This document shows positions 35,300-47,800 of a stretch of 64,000 bases of DNA, one piece after another. The stretch's first letter is position 1. Every line of letters begins with the position of its first letter. Location: contig PDIP01000064.1 of the NCBI GenBank assembly GCA_002811645.1, positions 191,188 through 255,187 of the forward strand, written 5' to 3'. Both the position numbers and the translations under genes were made by a program. Below the pieces are notes generated by a model. That model had not been told where the DNA came from, made no database searches, and worked only from the letters and a program-made list of their open reading frames with translations. This DNA is from Corallochytrium limacisporum Hawaii. Lineage: Eukaryota > Protista > Pluriformea.

Positions 35300-38200
35300 C
35301 TACCCGTAGCTGTGAAAGATGCCCTTTGATGTCTCCACCTCGCGGACCTGAGCTGTGTCATAGTCTTCCATTAACTCCTCTGGCATGACACCCAGGCTAA
35401 CTTGGCGACCGTCGACCATGGCTCGGGTGGGTCCCCGGCCAAGGAAGCGGCGCGGGTCAGCCACGAGAATGTTGAACAGTTGCTCGTGCAGGCGAGCGCG
35501 CTGCACAGGATTGACGTTCCCGCTCTCCTCGAACGCGAGCTCATCTAACGCAGCAATGGCTTCATGCAGACGATCAACCATCTTCTGTAGGTGACGTGCC
35601 TGCTCGGTAACTGGCCCAACAGATGAGGGACCGCTGTCAATGCCATCAATGAGCCAACGGTTGCGGGATAGTGTGTCGAACTTTTCCTGGTAATGGCCTG
35701 CGACCAGACCCAGGAATTCACGAACGCGAGAGACCTCTTCCTGGGACAGTCCCTTGGTCTCCGTCGGTGGCCCGCGGCGTTCTGCGGCGCTATGTTCCTG
35801 AATCGGTCCCTGCGATGAATGGAACAACGACGGCTGCGGATCCGGCGGATTTGGGTACTCTGCATCCGAATCGTCTGAATCGACATATCCCTGGGAATGA
35901 TTCGGTAGTTGCTGTGACAGCCCAGGAGTACTTCTACCCCTGGGCAGGCGCTCCGGTGGCGTGGAGATAGATGGAAGGGTGGTAAAATCAATGTCTCCAA
36001 CGCCAGCCGCATTTCCCATCTGTGCCCTGCGGCGTTCCCAAGCACCGAGCCATTCCATCAGCGCATGGTAGGCCATCTGTGGCGCAAGACGCAAGGGCTG
36101 TCTACTCTCCTGTGCCGCTGCGATGCGCTGCGAAACGTAGTCAACGGCCTGCGCAGAGCCGACTTCCCGGCCGAGGAAATAGGTCACGGCCCGTACGACC
36201 TTGAAATACTTATTAGCTCCTCGCTCCTGTTGGAGCAGTTGAAAAGTCTGTTGGGCTGGCTGGTACATGTCACTGTCTGTGTAGTACCAGAGCAAGTGGG
36301 CCAAAACGTGCAAACGGTCACGTTCGTTGGCGTTACCGTACGTTTCTGCTACGGTCGCAATCTGCTCTGGATCACCAAGGCGAATTGCGGCCTTCACCAG
36401 CGAAAGAGAGAAGGTCCGCGGATCGAAACCGTCTGCCTCCATTTGCTTCGGTAGTTCATTCACGCACCAGCGCAGGTATTCGTCGACGGCCTCGATCTCA
36501 GACTGCACCGCATGCCGCGCGACAATCTCAGTGAAGTCAGTGGGACGGAGGAGAAGATGATATATACGGTGGGACCTGCGTATATTCTGACCAAGCATGC
36601 CCTGAAACATGTGATGCATGTCCGAGAACGCCAAGGATTCGCCCAGAACTTCGAGAACGGCATCCATCATACGCGTGGTCATGGTGAGACCGAGAGTATC
36701 GAATTCACGTAGCAGCCACCAAATTCGGCGATCCAAATTGTTGGCGTCTGGGACGATAGCACCGCTCTGGTAAACAGGCCGCTGCACACGACATGCACTG
36801 ATCATGGTGATGGCGTGTTTATCACTGAAGGGAATAGACCGTTTTTGCATGTCCTTCATGATGTCAATCAGAGCATCGAGGCTGCCTCGATCGGCCTCGC
36901 GCCGGTAGTGGAAGTCATGGTATTTGCGTGTGGCCAGCATCAATGACGCAAAAACTTCAGCCTCCACATTCTTCGGCTGGGTCCTACGGGCTATCTTCAG
37001 CAGTTCCTGTACATTGGCAATCGTCCGCTTGGAGGGCTCCAGGCGGCAGATAGTTCTGGCCCACTCAAGCACATGCCATGGTTTGACATTGGTGTGCTCG
37101 CTTGCCCGCTTCAATAGTGCATGCCAATCCAAAGCTGCGAGCTCATCCAAACTTTCGTTCACAGTGTAGCTGTCTGAAGAAATTTTGTCGTATTGCCGCA
37201 GGCTCATCTGCGTCCCTAGTCGTGCCCATGCCAACAACTCGTCCATTGACGCGACTTCCCTGCGCGCCTGAAACGCATGCAGTAGGTCCCTGCTCACCGG
37301 CTCCGTCAGCCGACCTCTTAGTGCGATGTTCTGGATTGCGTGCCTCCGGGCAAACTCCCATGCGTTGCCGAAAATCTCAGTATCCTTGATGTTCGCCATC
37401 AGAGCGGCCGTCAGTTTTTCCTGTACATCGATGGTCGCTTGCACTCCGTCAGTGCGGCTGGCTTGTAGAAGGAACGCATGGGATGCCAACACTAATGATG
37501 CATGACCGGTCTCAATAATGTGCTCCGCCTTTGCCAGGTCTTCTAAGCATTCTACTGCTGTCGTCTTGTAGGCCTCTATCAATTCTTCACACCGCTCGAG
37601 CTCATCAATCGATGCGGACAGTTCTGAGACCAAATTTCCCGCGGCTGCTGCCAACCGTCCACTCGGAGACGCGTCCTGTGCACCCATAGTACTCAGACCT
37701 TGAGCAACGATTTCCAAGGCATTGTCCGGCTCGTCAATGTAGCGCATACCCAGGCCTAGATTTGAGGACACTTCCCGGGTATTTGAAGGGTTGCCAGAAA
37801 ATTGCAGTGCCCAGCGGTCCGCAGTTAGTAGGGTGGCTGCATGCCGGACCAAAAGATTGACTCGTGCGTCCGGGAACGCAGCGCTGGTCTGCTCCGATAG
37901 ATCTGCTTTGCTTTTGACAACCAAATCTCCGTGAATCTGGACTGCACAGCGAACAAACGCATTGCTCAATGCCGTCATTTCAGCATGATTGACTCTTCCA
38001 GCAATGCTGTACTTCTGCAAACCCCAAGTCATGGTGGCAGTTTCGGAGAGGATCCGGTCTGCCAGCCACGGGGGAACCGTAATACCCTCCGAACTGACCT
38101 GGTTCAATATTCCAACCACACCGGGGATGCGTCCTCTCCGTTTATGCTCTTGGATTTGGTTCAGGATCTTCTTACCCCTACGTCCCTCGGCAGAGTTCAA

Positions 38201-38389
38201 TTCTTTGTCTCCAACGCCTTTAGGTCTCGATGGTATGCCTCGATGCCGTGATCTTGTGTGGCTAAAAGCTGCTTGTTTTTTCCATGTTACAGAACTAGTT
38301 CTGTAGGATCTAAATAACCCAGGCACAGGTCTTACATACAGATAGTAAGTATGAAAAGAGAGGCACCTTGACATCCCTGAGCGAAACAT
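35300..38389 (-). CDS. Large helical-repeat protein, probably a mitochondrial pentatricopeptide-repeat (PPR)-like RNA-binding protein
   Basis: 3.1 kb ORF; R/S-rich, acid-free N-terminus; degenerate PPR-like units (e.g. IMKDMQKRSIPFSDKHAITMISAC; RMMDAVLEVLGESLAFSDMHHMFQGMLGQNIRRSHRIYHLLL). Confidence 0.65.
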   Translation of the reverse strand: MFRSGMSRCLSFHTYYLYVRPVPGLFRSYRTSSVTWKKQAAFSHTRSRHRGIPSRPKGVGDKELNSAEGRRGKKILNQIQEHKRRGRIPGVVGILNQVSSEGITVPPWLADRILSETATMTWGLQKYSIAGRVNHAEMTALSNAFVRCAVQIHGDLVVKSKADLSEQTSAAFPDARVNLLVRHAATLLTADRWALQFSGNPSNTREVSSNLGLGMRYIDEPDNALEIVAQGLSTMGAQDASPSGRLAAAAGNLVSELSASIDELERCEELIEAYKTTAVECLEDLAKAEHIIETGHASLVLASHAFLLQASRTDGVQATIDVQEKLTAALMANIKDTEIFGNAWEFARRHAIQNIALRGRLTEPVSRDLLHAFQARREVASMDELLAWARLGTQMSLRQYDKISSDSYTVNESLDELAALDWHALLKRASEHTNVKPWHVLEWARTICRLEPSKRTIANVQELLKIARRTQPKNVEAEVFASLMLATRKYHDFHYRREADRGSLDALIDIMKDMQKRSIPFSDKHAITMISACRVQRPVYQSGAIVPDANNLDRRIWWLLREFDTLGLTMTTRMMDAVLEVLGESLAFSDMHHMFQGMLGQNIRRSHRIYHLLLRPTDFTEIVARHAVQSEIEAVDEYLRWCVNELPKQMEADGFDPRTFSLSLVKAAIRLGDPEQIATVAETYGNANERDRLHVLAHLLWYYTDSDMYQPAQQTFQLLQQERGANKYFKVVRAVTYFLGREVGSAQAVDYVSQRIAAAQESRQPLRLAPQMAYHALMEWLGAWERRRAQMGNAAGVGDIDFTTLPSISTPPERLPRGRSTPGLSQQLPNHSQGYVDSDDSDAEYPNPPDPQPSLFHSSQGPIQEHSAAERRGPPTETKGLSQEEVSRVREFLGLVAGHYQEKFDTLSRNRWLIDGIDSGPSSVGPVTEQARHLQKMVDRLHEAIAALDELAFEESGNVNPVQRARLHEQLFNILVADPRRFLGRGPTRAMVDGRQVSLGVMPEELMEDYDTAQVREVETSKGIFHSYG

Positions 38390-39201
38390 TGTGAATATGT
38401 TAGGGGTCGGTTCCTAAACTGCGCTCCCGGATCTCATAACTGCCTTTGCAACGAAGTTCCCATTGTCGATCCATACATCGTGGTCTCCATGTCCTATAGT
38501 TCTCTATTTCATATAAAGGAGATGCATCAATATCACTTTCTGAGGCCGACCGTGTCTGCTTGGCTCAATCTCATTACGAATGACATACGTGAGGCAAGCC
38601 TGCCTTCGAGGACCTTACCTAGTTTTACACCAGACCCCTTCCCGACCACCAACCAACGGTAAGCTCACGTGTGAATGGAGCAAAACCGTGAGTACTCAAT
38701 CTATTTTTGTGCAAAATCCAGGTCTCAAGCTGGTCTGATGGTAAGGCGGGGCGGGACCCGCCACCCACTTTGAAACTATGAGCCGGGCTGAGCTTCCGTG
38801 CACTAAAATAAATGCCTGCCTCCCCCACTGTGCAGTACCTTGAGCAAGGACTCCATAGTCAATATACTGGGACAGCGATTGATTTGCAGCTCAAGCCTCA
38901 AATGCAGCCCCCCGTCCCGCTTACTGGGACACATACTTGGCGTGCTTCCGGAGAAAACAGTAACCGCAAGTGCGTTGGGATGCCCTAGTTTAGTGGTATT
39001 TCAAAATGGACCCGTGCTTCTTTTTTTCCCTTGAAAAGAACTTTCTCAAGGATCTTTTCATGAGTCTTCGTATCACTCGAACACCACAGTACGCCAGCAA
39101 CCAAGATGATTCTGGAAATATGAGGGTCGGAGAATGCCGGGGTGAATGCGCTCGGGTTGCTGCCTTCCAATAGTTGCCATCAGCGGAACACTGGAAGAAA
39201 C

Positions 39202-40653
39202 ATGCCGACACCAACTCTATCACTTCTGTTCATGGGTGGCCATACCCTGGAACAAGAACCACACAGAATCTCTATCGCAAAGTATTACCAATTGCCGCGA
39301 TTAATTGCGACAGTGTTGGTCATCCTTGCGTATGTTTTCTTCATGATTAACACAGCAACGCCATCGGCTGACCTATTCTGCGTGCATCATGTATCATCAA
39401 ATGAAGAGGATGATGATGCCATTCGCGCCATGGAAGACACGGACTGCCTGCTCAAAGTACGCATGGGTTCACCAGTAGTGTTGGGATTGTTCTGGACCGC
39501 AGAGACCTTTGAGTACAATTTCGAACTTGAGAATTGCGAAGTTGTAAGTGGAAACGATTTAGAAACGCAGAAGAGCAAAGCTGGAAGCATTCAATACGGG
39601 TTGACGGACGGAAGTTATCTGCTGCAACTCAAGGCGAAAGATGGTGGTGTCTACAATGCTGTCGCCATGCGCAATCGACAGGCGGTGTCGCGCAAGTGCC
39701 TAGACATACAGTTGTTCCAGGCGTCCACTGTCAATGTTCACAAAAAACAGCTTGAGTATCATTTAGATCATCATCCAACATCATTCTCGGTCCCATTGGC
39801 CATGATCTTGGCCGTGGCGGCTGTTTTTACGCTGCGGGCTTTGGTCTGGGACCAGTTTGAGGTCAATGCCAGGGAAGGCACTGTAAAGATTCAAACCAAG
39901 AGTGGCTACGGTACCACTTTGGATTTCAGTGTGTACCCCGTCGATCGAGTCATGAAATTTGGCGTTAAAGAGTACAATGAACTCGAACTAGCCATGCAAG
40001 ATTCCCGCGGGCGGGTATCGAACTCACGGGCACTTGGAAGCTTCGGCGCGAGCGCCGGCCGCACCCTATTTCGTGCGGCCTACCTCGCACAAATACAGGC
40101 AACAGCAAATCAGAGCCAGGGCGGTGGAACTGTAATGGCCAACTACCACAATATCTTCTGTAAAGTCAGGACTGACTCGGTCATGGGCAGTCCGAACACG
40201 GACCCGTCGCGCGTGGCTCTGGTGAGTATCTTCTCTCAGCCACATTTAACCTTCGATGAGGCTGACGAGATTGCCAGTATGCTCAATCGGTTCTTGAGAG
40301 AATGTATTGATGAGGCCGTGCATGTAACCACGGGAGAGGATTTCAGTCCTCGGCCGGCGTCGACAGTGGGAGTGGAAGGATTATACGGGAGCGGCTCAGA
40401 GGTGGAGGCGGTACAGGGTATGGAATTGAACGATCTTAGTACTCCTCGCCTCAATCAGTCTCCCCAGGACAACTTTGCCCCTCTAATTCAGCAGCGCCAG
40501 ACAACGTGCGTAGTTTGCCTCACAAACATTCCAAAGATTGTGTTCTTCCCCTGCAAGCATGCAATTGTGTGCATTAATTGTAGCGAAGGATTGGAGACCT
40601 GTCCAATGTGCCGTACACCGATTAGTCAGAAGACGGTCATGTATCTACCTTAG
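39202..40653 (+). CDS. Membrane-bound E3 ubiquitin ligase: two transmembrane helices and a C-terminal C3HC4 RING
   Basis: CVVCLTNIPKIVFFPCKHAIVCINCSEGLETCPMCR; TMs LIATVLVILAYVFFMI and VPLAMILAVAAVFTLRALVW. First ATG at 39202. Confidence 0.9.
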   Translation: MPTPTLSLLFMGGHTLEQEPHRISIAKYYQLPRLIATVLVILAYVFFMINTATPSADLFCVHHVSSNEEDDDAIRAMEDTDCLLKVRMGSPVVLGLFWTAETFEYNFELENCEVVSGNDLETQKSKAGSIQYGLTDGSYLLQLKAKDGGVYNAVAMRNRQAVSRKCLDIQLFQASTVNVHKKQLEYHLDHHPTSFSVPLAMILAVAAVFTLRALVWDQFEVNAREGTVKIQTKSGYGTTLDFSVYPVDRVMKFGVKEYNELELAMQDSRGRVSNSRALGSFGASAGRTLFRAAYLAQIQATANQSQGGGTVMANYHNIFCKVRTDSVMGSPNTDPSRVALVSIFSQPHLTFDEADEIASMLNRFLRECIDEAVHVTTGEDFSPRPASTVGVEGLYGSGSEVEAVQGMELNDLSTPRLNQSPQDNFAPLIQQRQTTCVVCLTNIPKIVFFPCKHAIVCINCSEGLETCPMCRTPISQKTVMYLP

Positions 40654-40692
40654 TAAAAATTGTATATTGAGTCCTTAGATTGATTTTGTTCT

Positions 40693-41415
40693 TTATAGTG
40701 CACGTTGAATTGATGATGATACCCAGGATGCAGGATTACATTTACGGATACATGTCATCTTTTGGAGATTCCTTGGCAGAGATTTTTTTGTCACCCCTGA
40801 GTCGTCATCTTCGTCACTCACTTTGGAGTAAAACAGGTTATAAAATGTTTGCAATCGATATATCATTTCTCGGGGCGGTACGTCCGGATCACAGGCTAGT
40901 CCCAGATTCCCAGCCAGTTCCCGCAATTGAGGTCCTCTCAGATCAGCGTACTTTAGGGGACGCCTCTTCATCAGCGCTAGACAGTAAGTACGGGTCACAT
41001 GCCGTGCGCTTGAGCCCTTATGTACCAGACGGTGATCCCGGACAAATTGCTTTAGAACATCAAGGCTCAGTTCGGCCAGAAATTCGTTTGGAACAGGCAA
41101 GCTCCCGTTTGCTGACCTGGCGTCCTCGTCCACGGTTGTATTGTAAGGCACACGTTGAATTACTTTGGTGGCCAAGGGTTTGGGAGATTTGTAGTAGAAG
41201 ACTTCAGGTTCAGTTTGAATTGTTGTTCTCCGCCGAGCTTTTGCCGCCGGGCTAAGAGTGCGAGCCTGACTTGACTGTATACGTGATCCTTTTCTCTTTG
41301 GGGTGTTCAGATTCGGACTTCGCATGTGCATGACCGAGATGCTCTTTTCAGTCCGCAATGGGGTCGCTGGCTGAGAGACGGCCCGCCCTTTGATTTCTAA
41401 ACCACCCAAAGGCAT
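40693..41415 (-). CDS. Basic hypothetical protein with S/T-P sites and two helix-extension-helix (SAP/Rho-N-like) motifs; start uncertain
   Basis: ATG at 41415 (aaacATG); motifs LAELSLDVLKQFVRDHRL and YADLRGPQLRELAGNLGL...REMIYRL. Confidence 0.6.
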   Translation of the reverse strand: MPLGGLEIKGRAVSQPATPLRTEKSISVMHMRSPNLNTPKRKGSRIQSSQARTLSPAAKARRRTTIQTEPEVFYYKSPKPLATKVIQRVPYNTTVDEDARSANGSLPVPNEFLAELSLDVLKQFVRDHRLVHKGSSARHVTRTYCLALMKRRPLKYADLRGPQLRELAGNLGLACDPDVPPREMIYRLQTFYNLFYSKVSDEDDDSGVTKKSLPRNLQKMTCIRKCNPASWVSSSIQRAL

Positions 41416-44400
41416 GTTTGCCACGAACTAAGGCATGCAGTCTATTGCTATCTGCTTTGAACTCAGAGTTTATCTTCTTCCGTGGTTCTGCTAGGAAGCA
41501 GACTTCGCGTGTTGATGCCCCCTCGTCTTTCCGCGGAGAAGACGTACTCGGTCTACTGTCAGTCGGCACTGACTTCCTGAAGTACCAACATATCCATGGA
41601 ATCTGTATCACATACCATGATGGTAGACCTATCTTACATAATGTACTCCGCAAGCTCTTGTCGTTGTGAACACGTAAGCAAATCAACTTTCGCGGTCATC
41701 TGTCCCCCTTTCCCACTTTCGCATAACCCGCACTGCAACACTCGGCAATCTCGCCCTCCCTCTATGAATTTCCTTACGGGTGGCAATCAATTTTGTTCGG
41801 GGGCGGGTGGAAGCGGAAACGGCCAAGAGGCCAGGAGCGAGTAGCGGCGGAGGGGGGGGGGGGGAATTTGACCCTGCCCACCCCCCCCCCCCCCCCGGGG
41901 GGGGAGGGGGGCCCTGGCACTCCTTTCTCCAGCCAGCCGTGATTAATGTGGCAGATAAAGACCCGGAATAAAAGAGGCCCCCGTTCCAAACACCACCATG
42001 ACCCTGGCAGGTATAACACTGAAACCCTATTTAACAATTTAAAAATTATCTAACCAATCAGAGACTCGGAAAAGCGGGGGTCTCGTTTTTAGCGGCCAAC
42101 CCCTCGTTCCGCATTTTTACTTCCTTTCGTTTCGAGAGGGAGTTTGAAGCGCGGAGGGGGGGACCACGGAGCAAGAAGCGGCCGCTGCAGGAAACAATAG
42201 CCAGAGTGACAGCGCAAAGCTCCAGGGCCACGTACGGGAAAACCGACAAGACTGACACAACGAAAGCAAAACAGGGAAAAGACCGCCTACCTTTTGCTGT
42301 CTTTCGAACGGCAAAGAACGCTGGCAGGAGACACACCACTGCACGACCAAGGATAGGTGTGTCAAAATCGCCGGTACTGTGATATCATCAATTGTATAGA
42401 AAACATGAGATAAAAAAGTTTAGCATTTCGCCGAGCAAGATAGGGGAGCCATCTCCAAAGAAATTGTCCCGTGTGTGTTCGGGTTCGGGTTTCTCTGCAG
42501 AGGGTTTTGGGTAGCGGTGGTGTCCGAGCCCGGGTGGGGGGACCCTGGCTAAGCACAAGGAGTCCCCCCGATTGGTCCGAATGCGGAGGGAAGGGTAGAA
42601 CACATGAACGGCCCGAGCGGAGTGGGCCACGGGGGGTTGGAGGAGAGGGAGAGAATGGTGAAACCAGGAGGAGAAAAATGGTCAAAGAATGGTAAACATA
42701 CGATGCGTGGCACTATTAATGAATATATTTAGTACCAGTGGTATGAGTTTACGAACGATTGACGGAATGGGGACAGGTGGAAAAATTTCGGCTATTTCAT
42801 GCATTTCTCTTTCTTTCGTCTGCCCCGTTCTTTTTCTTTTATCTTTTCTTTTTTTTTTTGTGGGGGATTTCTCCTTGCTTTTTTCCTGTCACATTCTGGT
42901 CGGCCAGGGAGGCCCCAGCTGTCTCTGTCCCTCACAGCTGCACGTCGTTCGCAAGCCCCGGCTCTAAATCCGTAGCACACAAACACACAAAACGGCACAA
43001 CAAACGATCAATTTTCTATATATTCAGTATGCCAAACTTACCTCCAGGTTTTCAATGTTGCTCACCTGCTGGTCCCCCCACAGCCCCCTTGCCCCCCCGT
43101 TCTGTCCAGTCTGTGGCCGTTGTGCTCTGTGTTTCGGTACTTGCCGTCTACGGCTTCTGTGGTTGGTCCGTTTGGACAGAGCGAGCAAGGAGAGAGGCTA
43201 AGATTTTTTTCGGTCCCACCCCCCCCTGCCAAAAAGTTGTCGGAAACGCGACAGTGTGGGGGGAGGGGGCAGGTGGGGTTTTGGGTAGTCTGCCCTCCTC
43301 CCTTCCTTTAGACCCCCCCTCCTCCCCCGTCGTATTCCCTTCGTGCTCGTTAGTACGTTTACTTTCTATTTTTCAATTCCGTCATGTGTTTTTCTTTTCC
43401 ACGTCGCCCGGTTAAAGGTGCCTGTTTGTTCTCCTTCGCTCCTCGGCCAAACCGACGGTGCGTGTCCATTCTTTGTGGTGGTGGGGCTCCCCTCGCTGGG
43501 TGGGATGTGGGGCGGTGGTGGCGGGGCCACGGTAAACTTAGGGCGTAGTGTGTCTTTCCACGGTCAAACTCCCATAGGCGAACAACCGGCCAGTGTGTGC
43601 CGGGGGCCGCGGGGGGGCGGGCTTCGGGAGGGAACTGGGCTAGAAACCAACCCCTCCGTGCTTTGCGGAGCGGGGTTACAGGGAGGAGACGGCCCGGGAG
43701 GGGAGATGGTCTGTGAATGAAGAGAGGGGTCTCACCGTCCCTGCCCTTCGGCGGGGCCATGTACAAGCGGCGTCCGGTCGATGTGATAACGAATGTATGG
43801 AGAGCTAAGCCGGGGCCGAGGTCAAAAATCAGTGAATGTCCACGGTCTCTCTACTTTTTTTTTTTGGTGTTCTTGTTTTCTCTTTTATTTTTAGATTTTT
43901 GAGTTTCACTCATATTTTTTCTTTGGGCCGTCAAAAGAAATAAAGGAAGAGTCATAGAGACCAAACCGCCTGGCCAAACGACTTGGTGGTCGTCGGTTTG
44001 CTTTCTGAGTTGAGTGTGCGTGTGTGCGGGAAAAAGGACCGAGCCAAGCGGCGGGTAAAACGTTGGGACTGGGATGTGAACAGCCGTAAAGCAAAAGACA
44101 CAAACGCTGCAATGGTGTTCTGTTTTTTTTTAAGCGACCAAAGCCAAAGCGGCGAGACTGGCGAGCCATTTTGCCCAACTCCCCTCCCCCCCCCCGGAGG
44201 CCCCCGACCAAACCACCTCCCCTTCACGCCTCACCTGTATCGGTCTCAGTCTCTCTCTCTCTCTTTCTCTCTCGCTCTCGCTCGCTTTCTCATTTTCTGC
44301 TGTCGAGAAAGACGGGTTGAGAGGGGGGGAGGAGGAGGGGGGGGGTGATGATTTCAGAAATTTGGCACAACACACCAACACGGCAGTGGGCACTCACTAC

Positions 44401-44842
44401 ATGACTACCTAGCACCACAGCGTAGCGAGAGGGCGAGAGAGAGAGAGAGAGAGTGTGTGTGTGACAGGGCGATACTTTCGAAGCCACCTCCCGTGTCGTT
44501 CTTGGGTGTTGCGTCTTTGATAACATCGCGGCAGTCATGTAGGAACTGAATGCGTGCTGCGGGTCATTGGTTGCGGGTAACCCAAGCGGTGCAGAATGGG
44601 TCACCTGGCAGGTACACAAAGCTTGTGAGTGGTAGGACCTGACATCCACTGTAGCGCTGGAGGTGAAAGCGACCTGTGTGAGAGCTCCCGACGGAATAGA
44701 AGTGGAGCCTCTTGGTTTGGGACTTGCATAGGTTACAATAGTCCCCTATTCACACGGGTTATCCCAGGTGGTGTTGAATCACCAGAGAACTTAGTGCACA
44801 AACGCAGACTGGGTCTGCAAATAGTATACATAGCCCGCAACC

Positions 44843-47800
44843 ATGGCCGATTTCCAGGCAAAACAGAAAGCCATCGCTGGCGTTGACGACATGGTTTTGT
44901 TGTCCAACGTCAACGAAAAGGCGATTCTAGAGAACTTGAAGAAGAGGCACTTTGCGAAGCTCATGTTTTGCTACATTGGACCTGTGTTGGTAGCCGTCAA
45001 CCCGTTCCAACAGTTGCCCTACTTCACGGACAGGGAGGTCGATCAGTACCAGGGCATTCCGCCACACGAGAATCCTCCGCATATTTACGCTGTGGCCGAC
45101 AGCATGTTTCGCAATATGTTGATTGACCGGGAGAACCAGTGCGTCATCATTTCGGGTGAGTCAGGCGCGGGTAAGACCGTCAGCGCCAAGTTCATCATGA
45201 ACTACCTGGCCCAGGTTTCCGGGGGCGGTGGCGATGCTCAGCACGTCAAGAGCGTCGTGCTGGAATCTAACCCCCTGCTCGAGGCCTTTGGTAACGCTAA
45301 GACCCTCCGCAACAACAATTCAAGTCGATTTGGCAAGTACTTTGAGATTGGTTTCAGCGTAGCCGGCGCCCCGAATGGTGGTAAGATCAACCAGTTCCTG
45401 CTGGAAAAAAGCCGTGTGGTTGGTGTGCAGAAGGGTGAACGTACTTTCCACATTTTCTACCAGCTGTCCAAGGGTGCCAGCCCGCAACAACGTGAAGTGC
45501 TGGGCGTGGACGGTAAGATGGACTACTTCCGCTACCTGGCCCAGAGCACTTGCTATGATGCGGATGGTATTGATGATGTGAAGGAATTCCAGGACACTCA
45601 GCGGGCAATGGGTGTTATGGGCATTGATGATGGCACTCAGATGGAAATTCTGAAGATCGTGGCCGGTATTCTGCATTTGGGTAACATTACGTTCATTGAG
45701 GATGGAAACAACGCCCAGGTGGCGGACATGGGCTTCCTCGATTTCCCTGCCTACCTGCTGGGCATTGACTCCCAGTCCCTGAACGCCAAGCTCACCACCC
45801 GCAGAATCGAGACCCGCTCAGCTGGTCGCCGTAACTCTATCTACGATTCTCCCTTGAACGTTGAGCAGGCTGGTTTCACTCGTGATGCCCTCGCCAAAGC
45901 TGTATACGCGCGCATGTTTGACTGGCTGATCGAGGCTGTCAACCGTGCCCTGGGCAACCACAACTTTGACTTGAGCATCGGTGTGCTGGATATCTACGGT
46001 TTCGAGATTTTCGACAAGAATGGTTTTGAACAGTTTTGCATTAACTTTGTGAACGAGAAGTTACAGCAGATTTTCATCGAACTGACCCTGAAGCAGGAGC
46101 AGGAAGAGTATAACCGGGAAGGCATCAAGTGGACGCCCATCGACTACTTCAACAACAAGATTGTGTGCGATCTGATTGAGGGCAAGAGCCCACCGGGTCT
46201 TTCGCTTATTCTGGATGACGTGTGCAAGACCATGCACGCCCAGTCAGATGGCGCCGATATCAAGTTTGTTCAAAAAGCTTCCATGGGTGTGCCCAACAAC
46301 CCACGCTTCCAGACCCTGAACACTGGCTTTGTGATTCAGCACTACGCCGGAAATGTAACCTATGAGGCTGATGGATTTGTCGAGAAGAACCGTGACACCC
46401 TGTACAAGGACCTCGTTGAGCTCATGCAAATGTCCCAGAGCACGTTCATCCGCAACCTGTTCCCAGACGTACTTGACGACGACAAGAAGACGAAGATTAC
46501 CTTTGGTACGAAGATTCGTCGCCAGGCCAATGAATTGGTCGAGACACTGATGAAGGCCCAACCGTCCTACATCCGTTGCATCAAGCCCAACGATACGTTG
46601 AAGCCTGGAGACTTTGAGGACCGGCGCGTGAGTCATCAGATCAAGTATCTCGGTCTTAAGGAGAATATCCGTGTTCGCCGTGCCGGGTTTGCGTACCGCC
46701 CCTTCTTTGACAAATTCCTTCGCCGCTATGCCATCTTGTCAAACCGTACCTTCCCGTACTGGACCGGTGATCCCATCGAGGGATGCAAGATAATTCTCAC
46801 TGCGGCTAACATGGACCCGGCGGAGTGGCAGATCGGTAAGACCAAGCTATTCGTTAAGTCTCCGGAATCCCTCTTCATGCTCGAAGAGCTGCGTGAGCGC
46901 AAGTACAACGGGTATGCTAAGAAGATTCAGCGGGCCTGGCGTCGGTGGAACAATGAGAAGTACTACCTGGAGCTGCGCCAGAAGGCACTCACAGTGCTCG
47001 GTGGTCGCAAACAGAGGCATCGCAACACAATCAACCGCTTCTTCGTGTCTGACTATATTGGCTACATGGACAACAAGGTCTTGCAGTCGTTCGTGGGCAA
47101 GAAGGAACGAGTTGGCTTCGCTGACAAGGTCACACTGTACGACAAGAAGTTCCAAACCAGTAAGGCTGATCTGATGATCGGTGAGCGCATCGTTTACATT
47201 GTCGGTCTGGAGAAGGCCAAGGAAGGTCCCAACAAAGGCAAACTGCAACGTGTTCTGAAGCACAAGCTGGCATGCACGGGCATTGCGTCCATTGACATTT
47301 CGACGCGGCCCGACGGATTCATCTTGATCCACCCGGTCAATCCCGACCCCAAACACCCAGTCTACGACATTTTGCTGGAGAGTGTTTTCAAGACAGAGTT
47401 TCTGGTCGTCCTCACCGAGGTGTTCCAGAAGGCCCTGCAACGCAATCCTCCGCTCAATTTCACTGACAACATGGAGATGAGTGTTAAGAAGAAGCTGCTG
47501 GACCGCAGTGGCAAGCGTGCGATTACCTTTGTTGCGGGATCGATGCCCAACGCCGTGGTCAGGTCCCACGGCACGAAGGGCGCAACTATTGAAGTTGCGG
47601 ACGGGCTGCCCGCCGATTCCAAGCCCACCCGTAACCGCCGCCCGGCCAAGGAACGCAAGGCCGAGGACCGCTTCCAAGGTGGTGCTCCGCCTCCGGAGGT
47701 CAACTACTACCAGCAGCGTATGCAGCAGCAGCAGCAGCAGCCCCAGCCTCATCGCCCGGCGGCACCCATGGCTGCCGCCGCCGCTGCACACCAGCCGCCG

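Noticed and set aside
41423-41435. CTT-AGT-T (yeast EST3-type +1 site) near the SAP-like gene start
   Set aside because: It is not in the reading frame that would connect the upstream ORF to the main ORF
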